From: a virus
Strand: one strand, 5' to 3'
DNA: 64,000 nucleotides
IMG/VR virus record: IMGVR_UViG_3300042883_000668
Location: 1 to 64,000 of that record
Shown here: in pieces, positions 58,801 through 64,000 of the stretch
How the letters are laid out: every line of letters begins with the position of its first letter
Position numbering within the stretch: the stretch's first letter is position 1
Made by a program: the position numbers and the translations under genes
The notes under the pieces: model-generated
Databases searched by the model: none
The model's input: only the letters and a program-made list of their open reading frames with translations
What the model was told of the DNA's origin: nothing

Positions 58801-59071
58801 TCTTTTGTCTAATAGTTATAGTTTTACTTCTATCTTCTAACTTTGGTAAATTAGAATTTTGCATAGGAAATCCTTTACTAGATACAAAACTTCCTGTAGA
58901 AGGAGTATTTTCAATATCTTTAATTGATTTTAAATCATTTATATTAGGAAAAGAATCTAATCCATTAACTTTTTGCCATAAAGCAATTTTAGCTTTAAGT
59001 AGTGGTTCAGACATTTTACTTAATAGTAATAAATGTTTAAACTCTTGTGATGATGTATTTATACACGACAT
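55871..59071 (-). CDS. Large virion cargo/ejection protein
   Basis: 1066 aa helical; QIHGRYS..D...MAFQFKKWIP..EGRW motif; downstream of virion RNAP. Confidence 0.65.
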   Translation of the reverse strand: MSCINTSSQEFKHLLLLSKMSEPLLKAKIALWQKVNGLDSFPNINDLKSIKDIENTPSTGSFVSSKGFPMQNSNLPKLEDRSKTITIRQKKYPSGVYKFGKFFYQLTLVNPNLSQASDIGNIAYLKKKFTDEELKLQHIKDFFDNKKPAYVYQILKLDATAQMSYTEAEKKAEFEKSKSANEYKNQIVNLKRSIGRVKAAVKKYKPGTEQYERFKAMEVSMRDMLSKYETTKNKAYLYALANMELDNIEALIRAYEKGNREASVKVVSELLEKLDSLYELSEEGIPERVNNLRKRYTYVMQHIVKTSVDATSNKKEDLSYDELQTDKRDISYLNMMTGALANSDNRIARTIGMLIKTTQIKISGEQGAIYEKIKAYTEGLKVYAKGHNMNIKQVYDLFIQDLNNTTVLTRPYTTEFYEKLNASLKAKDKLYLNFAKWDSATNRHVPINPAKYVNPNYETIFKKGNEELANFYKFYQETIKQSLERLPDNEQTERINPEDFIPNLYATSLVDIAKAEGFTGKLKFLAKYITGMQVYRITKDDLIKDESLERDVISLKYISKLTGEEKSRDLGESLFKFAAMAIEHENLSDILPQTRLLQRSLADNTFINPHKRGKAVEGEDSNIYNMVDKFIEMQILGKKTKGVDELTIGTIYDEKTGEEIGKKYIKMGELADFGLKWNSLLRIGLNPITAFTNLAVGEIGNVIEAAGGRFFNLSDLNKAGGIFIAQINKKDSKTRMLIEKYPMLQELTDYEYASNVSIRQGFYGLTGEKLKNFIYLPQKSGEVFLQTRTMIAMMLHTKPDGKTSLWEMLDDKGELKPEHLKHFGTQEEFKDYMLRNSTRIMGVNEQIHGRYSTRDAAILNQNVLFRMAFQFKKWIPAAVETRLGRKQYNDRLMVETEGRWITFIKLTMSLKKSVERFNKGELSEMEIYNLRKTMTEIVIFTAINLTAIAMGMDDDDDKRKKTATYKFLMDQLDKTSNDILFLSNPKNVISFVKNPFALTKLVGQLVDVATYIPYFAYGGEYEVKSGAHKGENKFYRSLGQVIPGYNQLGQNVPELFNEKKYVEKIK

Positions 59072-59072
59072 A

Positions 59073-59453
59073 TTAACAGTTGTTTTTAGATTGCCAAATT
59101 ATCATTTCTTTTTCAGACTCAGAAGCATTATTCCATTCTTCAGGAGTTACTCCATACTCATTAAACATATTAGACTTAGTTTTTTCTTCTTCTTCCTGAT
59201 AATATTCTTCTTTAGTACCTTCAAGAGTTAACTCATATTTATAATATTCATCAATTAATGATTGAGGTATTTTAATATTACTTAAATAAGTATCATCATT
59301 TTGTTTAAAAAAATCAACAACAGGTGTTTTAAACCTATTGTTAATTGTAGTTTTTAACTTTTCAATATATGATGGAGATCTGTTAATATAATTACCAGAC
59401 ATATCATTTATTTCTTTAGTTATATTTTCTTTAATTGTAATTGGACAAGGCAT
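59073..59453 (-). CDS. Small protein between cargo genes
   Basis: 126 aa; begins MPC, ends NNC. Confidence 0.6.
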   Translation of the reverse strand: MPCPITIKENITKEINDMSGNYINRSPSYIEKLKTTINNRFKTPVVDFFKQNDDTYLSNIKIPQSLIDEYYKYELTLEGTKEEYYQEEEEKTKSNMFNEYGVTPEEWNNASESEKEMIIWQSKNNC

Positions 59454-59454
59454 A

Positions 59455-62400
59455 TTATGAACAGCTTTCAGGTGAACGATCTATTCCTGGTAGACCATCT
59501 GGTTTATTTTGAGTTATTTCAGGATTAATAATTGTTGAAGATACACTTTTTTCTTGACTTGGTGAAATATTATTTTTAAGTTCATTAATTATATCTTTAA
59601 AAGTTCTTTTTATATTATATTTTTGTTGAAGAGCATTGGCTGCTTCAAATTGTCCTAATCTTGTTCCAGGATCTTTTATATTAGTATCAGTATATAATTG
59701 TTGAATTAAAGGATTTAAACCTGCTTTTTCTATATTAGCTTTATCATTAGCTGAGGAATCTTCTGAGACATAAAAACTAAACTCTCCTTTTTTATTATAA
59801 TCAGCCCATTTATATAATCTAGTAAAAAGATTTCCTTTTTTTTCTTCTATTTTAACCATCCATCTACCAGAAGATCTTTCAAATATTATATAAGGTTTTT
59901 CAGATACATCTGGATCAATATTAGTAACTTTAGTTTCACCAATAATAATAGGATTTTTTAATTCTGTATCTATAGCATCATGAATACTAAAAACTTTATA
60001 TGTTCTAGTAATTAGTTTAATATTATTAGCTAACCAATCAGCTTCTTCTTGAGTAAGTTCTTTACTTTCAACACTAGTAGTTGATTCAGTAGTTTCTTCT
60101 TCAAATTCTTCATCGCCCCATTCATCAGCTAAATCTTGTGCAGATAATATTGAACCTTCAGGTTTAATTTCAGCTTGACCATCAGTAATATTTTCACTAT
60201 CAGAATTAGTTTCTACTTCTGATGTTTCTGGTACAGAAGTTAATTCATCATCACTAAGAAATTCTGCAGCTAAATCTGCTTCAGATCTTCCATTAGTAGT
60301 TTTAGTTTTATCTTTATCTACAAATTTTTCATATTCATTATTAGGGAATTTAGTTTTTACTTCATCAGAATTAGGATTAATTTCTATTTTTTTAGCAGGA
60401 GAACCTAAATAGCTAACTTGACGATAAGTAATTTGACCACTTTCTTCAGTAGCTTCAACATCTAATTTGTAAATAGGAGTAAATGTATCATTTAAAGTAT
60501 ATCTAATATACATTGGATGTTTATTATCTTCACCTGGTCTATTTAATTCAGTTTTTAATCTAGAGTCTTTAGAATTCATATCAACAATAATTGTTTTACC
60601 TTCTTCAATTTCAGTAAATAACTTTTGATTATTATCATAAACTCTAGTAAACTTCTTAGCATTATTTCTAACTAACTGATCAATAATTCTTGCCATTCTT
60701 CCTTTATTAGTAGATTCAGATTTAACCATTTCTCTAATTTTTGCTCTAGCTTCAATTAACCCCATATCTTGTAAAATACTAGGATGAATTAATCCTGAAT
60801 AAGCATGTAATCCTGAAAAGAATCCTGTATCTTTAAATGCTTGTTCAATTAATCTAACAGCAAATTCTTTATATTTTGAATTGTAAAGTCTAACTAATTC
60901 ATCAATCATCATTTCTTTTTGAGCTAACTCATATCTGTTACCTTTTAAAGCAACATAATTTTGATTAGAGTTTTTAATTGATACTACTTCTAATGATTGA
61001 AGTAAAGCTGTAGATTTTAATTGTTCTTGAGCTTTAGCAGTTAATACTTTATCTCCAAATATTTTATATTTATAACTTGTAGAAATCTTTTTACTTAATA
61101 ATACTTTAAGGTCATTAATAAAATCTTCTTCAGGTATTCTATTTTCATCAGTATAAATATTATCAAATGTTTCTTCAGCATCTAAGAACATCTGAATAAA
61201 TCCATTAATAACTTCTCTATCTTCTGCCGGAATTCTTGTAAGATTTGATCTATTACCATACTGCATTTTAGCTAATTCATCTTTAATGTTATTAAAGAAT
61301 GGTGAAGCAAAATTATAATGTTTAGCCATAATCTCAAATTGAGCATCAATAGTATCAATATAAGGTTTAATTGCATCACTGTTTAATAATTGTCCAATAC
61401 CTGAAATAGCAGTATCATCTTTTATCAATGACTCTTTACTAGCTTTTTTACTATTTACATCTTCAAAGTTAGGTCCAGTTTCTTTGTTAATACTAAACAA
61501 CTGATTTAATTCTCCTAATTCTTTAATTACATCTTCAGAATCTTTAAACACATTTAAAGCTACAATTTGTGATTTTAAATAATTAAGTTTATCTGTACCA
61601 GTTAATTCTTCATTTTGTTGACTAAGACTTTTATAAGGTTGCTTTAATTTCTTTTTAGCTAATTCTTCAGGGTTTAATGTTGAATATTTTTCTAAATCTT
61701 TTAAAGATAATGTATTATATTTACCTATTTTTTCAGAATCATTTTTTTCTAAATATTCTACAATCTTTCTACTGTTAATAGAATTTCCTTCATTAAATTT
61801 ATTTTCTGCATATAAGGCATCATAAGCTTCTTGATATTTTTGTATATATTCTGCTCTTACAGTATTAACATCTTGTTTAACAAAATCTTTACTTTTTAAT
61901 TGCTTATCATTATTTTCTAATGCTGCAGATAAATCTTTAATAGCTTGTTGAGATGTAAACTGACTAGCTGTTCTAGAACCAAAACCTAATCTTACTAAAT
62001 AAGACCATATTGGTAAAGTTTTCATACTAATACCAATAGAAGGTAACTGATTAGGAGATTTAACAGCATCTAAGATTACAGCCATCATTGAAGATAATTC
62101 TTCAACAATTTTATTACCAGAATCAGAAATAACTTTACTTAAATTCTTTTTAATTTGAGTTTCATTTTTACCTTCTTCATTTTTACTAAATACTTTTACA
62201 CCTCTTTCAATAACAATACTTTCTCCATTTTCTTTAATAGTAATAGGTTTAATTTCTAAATTACCTTCAGTAGCCCAAGCATGACCTGTAACTTGTAATG
62301 CAGATACACCTTTTAACATAGATATTTTATGGAATAAATCTTTTAAATATACTTGATGTCCTGGAGTAAAGTAATTACCATGATCTTCAGATTCTTCAAC

Positions 62401-63999
62401 ATTTTCATAAACATCAGCAATAGCACCTGGCCCAGAAGGAGTAATTAAAGATTCTAACATATTTACAGATCTTAAAATTTGCATATAGTTATCTAAAATC
62501 TTATTATCTCTAGCAGGTTTAATATTTTGATCAGCTACAGATAATTTAGCAAAATCTTCAGGGAATGGAATAATGTTATTGTCTAATAATACTTGAATTT
62601 TATCATTATAATCTAATGTATAATCAAATTCTTCAATTTCTTTATTAGCTTGTTTAACTAAATCTCTAGCATTTTTATCATTTTTTAAAACATGATTAAT
62701 TAATGCTTTATATCTATCTAATACATTTTGTTCAGAAGTACCATCAATGTATTTAAATATTTTAAACTTACCATCTTTAGACATTACAAAGTCTTTAACT
62801 ATAAAGTAGATTTTGTCAAAGTCAAAGTCAGCTCCAAATTGTTGAGTTACTTCATAAGGTAATAACATTGCACCTTTGTATTCTGCAGGTAAAAACCCTA
62901 CAACTCTAATAACCATTGAAGAGTGAGCTCCCTCATAAGGTATACGATAAATTAACATTTGTTTTAATTCATCAGGAATATTATCTTTAAATGAACCATC
63001 TGGATTAATAAACTCTCTAGCATGTGCTGGTGCATAAGCTTCAATAAAATCAATAGAAGATACTTTACCTGTTTTAGGATCAACTTCTCCTTTTCTTACC
63101 CAATTTAAACTAGTTTGTAATTTACTTAATTCTGGAGAAGCTTCTACAGCTTCTTGAAATGCTTTAGCTGTTTTATAATCAGATTGCTTAGGAGCAATTT
63201 GTAGACCTACAGAAGATACTTGTACTGCAGCACCACCTTTAAATTCTTGTCTTACTACACGCTTACTAAATACTGAAGATATTAATTGAATAGTAGCTTT
63301 AGAGTTAATTAAATCTAAAGGATATGAGAATGTACCATCAGGTTTTTGTTCAAATACTGCTTCAATAATTGAAGTTGAATTTCTAGAAGTAATTGCATTT
63401 TGAATAAACTCATTAAACTCTTTATTGTTTCCTTCAAATGCACTAACTACTTTACCTAAAGCTTCTTCAATATTAGCTTTATCTAACATTGCTATTTCAT
63501 CTTTAATTTGTCTACCAGTTTTATCACCATACATTAAATCTTTTCCATTAGCATCTTTTTCTTGAACCATTCCATACATTAACATCTTCATCTGTCTTAG
63601 TGAACTATTACTAGAATCTAACATGTGATCAGGATTTGCTACTTGCTCACCAAAGTTATTTAAATCTAATTCAACAATACTTGTTTCACCAATATTTTCA
63701 ATCTTAACTCTGTTAGGTAACATTGCTTTCATTGATGATTCAAAAGCTATTACTTGAGGATAGTTTTCATCAGCATCCATTAAAGCTTTATGTTCAGCTA
63801 ATAAAGGATTATTAGCAACATATTTATTACTTAATGGGAATATACTACACTTAACTTGTATAGGTACATATCTTTGGTATTCTTCATTCCATTGAACACC
63901 ATAAAAGAATGGTTTTATAATATCTAAAATTCCTTGTTGAGATTTAGGTACATTATTTAAAGCATCTGCTAAATCAGCATTACTAAATCCTTCTGTTAA
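59455..63999 (-). CDS. Virion-packaged single-chain RNA polymerase (5' end outside window)
   Basis: YRIP...GADFDFDK catalytic DxDxD motif; frame stays open upstream of 63780 to window edge (LTEGFSNADL...PIQVKCSIFPL). Confidence 0.85.
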   Translation of the reverse strand, partial: LTEGFSNADLADALNNVPKSQQGILDIIKPFFYGVQWNEEYQRYVPIQVKCSIFPLSNKYVANNPLLAEHKALMDADENYPQVIAFESSMKAMLPNRVKIENIGETSIVELDLNNFGEQVANPDHMLDSSNSSLRQMKMLMYGMVQEKDANGKDLMYGDKTGRQIKDEIAMLDKANIEEALGKVVSAFEGNNKEFNEFIQNAITSRNSTSIIEAVFEQKPDGTFSYPLDLINSKATIQLISSVFSKRVVRQEFKGGAAVQVSSVGLQIAPKQSDYKTAKAFQEAVEASPELSKLQTSLNWVRKGEVDPKTGKVSSIDFIEAYAPAHAREFINPDGSFKDNIPDELKQMLIYRIPYEGAHSSMVIRVVGFLPAEYKGAMLLPYEVTQQFGADFDFDKIYFIVKDFVMSKDGKFKIFKYIDGTSEQNVLDRYKALINHVLKNDKNARDLVKQANKEIEEFDYTLDYNDKIQVLLDNNIIPFPEDFAKLSVADQNIKPARDNKILDNYMQILRSVNMLESLITPSGPGAIADVYENVEESEDHGNYFTPGHQVYLKDLFHKISMLKGVSALQVTGHAWATEGNLEIKPITIKENGESIVIERGVKVFSKNEEGKNETQIKKNLSKVISDSGNKIVEELSSMMAVILDAVKSPNQLPSIGISMKTLPIWSYLVRLGFGSRTASQFTSQQAIKDLSAALENNDKQLKSKDFVKQDVNTVRAEYIQKYQEAYDALYAENKFNEGNSINSRKIVEYLEKNDSEKIGKYNTLSLKDLEKYSTLNPEELAKKKLKQPYKSLSQQNEELTGTDKLNYLKSQIVALNVFKDSEDVIKELGELNQLFSINKETGPNFEDVNSKKASKESLIKDDTAISGIGQLLNSDAIKPYIDTIDAQFEIMAKHYNFASPFFNNIKDELAKMQYGNRSNLTRIPAEDREVINGFIQMFLDAEETFDNIYTDENRIPEEDFINDLKVLLSKKISTSYKYKIFGDKVLTAKAQEQLKSTALLQSLEVVSIKNSNQNYVALKGNRYELAQKEMMIDELVRLYNSKYKEFAVRLIEQAFKDTGFFSGLHAYSGLIHPSILQDMGLIEARAKIREMVKSESTNKGRMARIIDQLVRNNAKKFTRVYDNNQKLFTEIEEGKTIIVDMNSKDSRLKTELNRPGEDNKHPMYIRYTLNDTFTPIYKLDVEATEESGQITYRQVSYLGSPAKKIEINPNSDEVKTKFPNNEYEKFVDKDKTKTTNGRSEADLAAEFLSDDELTSVPETSEVETNSDSENITDGQAEIKPEGSILSAQDLADEWGDEEFEEETTESTTSVESKELTQEEADWLANNIKLITRTYKVFSIHDAIDTELKNPIIIGETKVTNIDPDVSEKPYIIFERSSGRWMVKIEEKKGNLFTRLYKWADYNKKGEFSFYVSEDSSANDKANIEKAGLNPLIQQLYTDTNIKDPGTRLGQFEAANALQQKYNIKRTFKDIINELKNNISPSQEKSVSSTIINPEITQNKPDGLPGIDRSPESCS

Positions 64000-64000
64000 T

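Noticed and set aside
1-64000. Stop-codon reassignment (TAG or TGA), known in some crAss-like phages
   Set aside because: Core genes are full length in the standard code, and TAG/TGA act as real stops (MCP and 9207..10463 end in TAG)

Overview
This AT-rich window is most of the genome of a crAss-like (Crassvirales-type) Bacteroidota phage using the standard genetic code. The minus strand from 1 to about 25.1 kb carries virion and lysis genes: TerL, portal, scaffold, major capsid protein, ring/tail proteins, collagen-repeat fibres and an L,D-peptidase-type lysis cassette, with a ferritin and a GIY-YIG gene inserted. The plus strand from about 25.3 to 55.8 kb carries small early genes and a replication/metabolism block: PolB, MoxR+VWA, nucleotidyltransferase, a split Prim-Pol, SF2 and DnaB helicases, an AAA_24/Sak4-like ATPase, a Toprim primase, nucleases, a sigma factor and phosphatases. 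Large minus-strand cargo genes converge on it, including a virion RNA polymerase (DFDFD) truncated at the window edge. Not evident from the ORF track are: a group I intron (43907-44788) with resolvable splice sites, a ~360-nt highly structured non-coding RNA candidate with its own promoter (about 24170-24535, minus), two tRNA-like elements that both have 6-nt anticodon loops and both precede paralogous 169-aa HNH genes, and a TTTG-N20-TAnnTTT(A/G) promoter family. All calls come from motif reading by eye; no searches were run.
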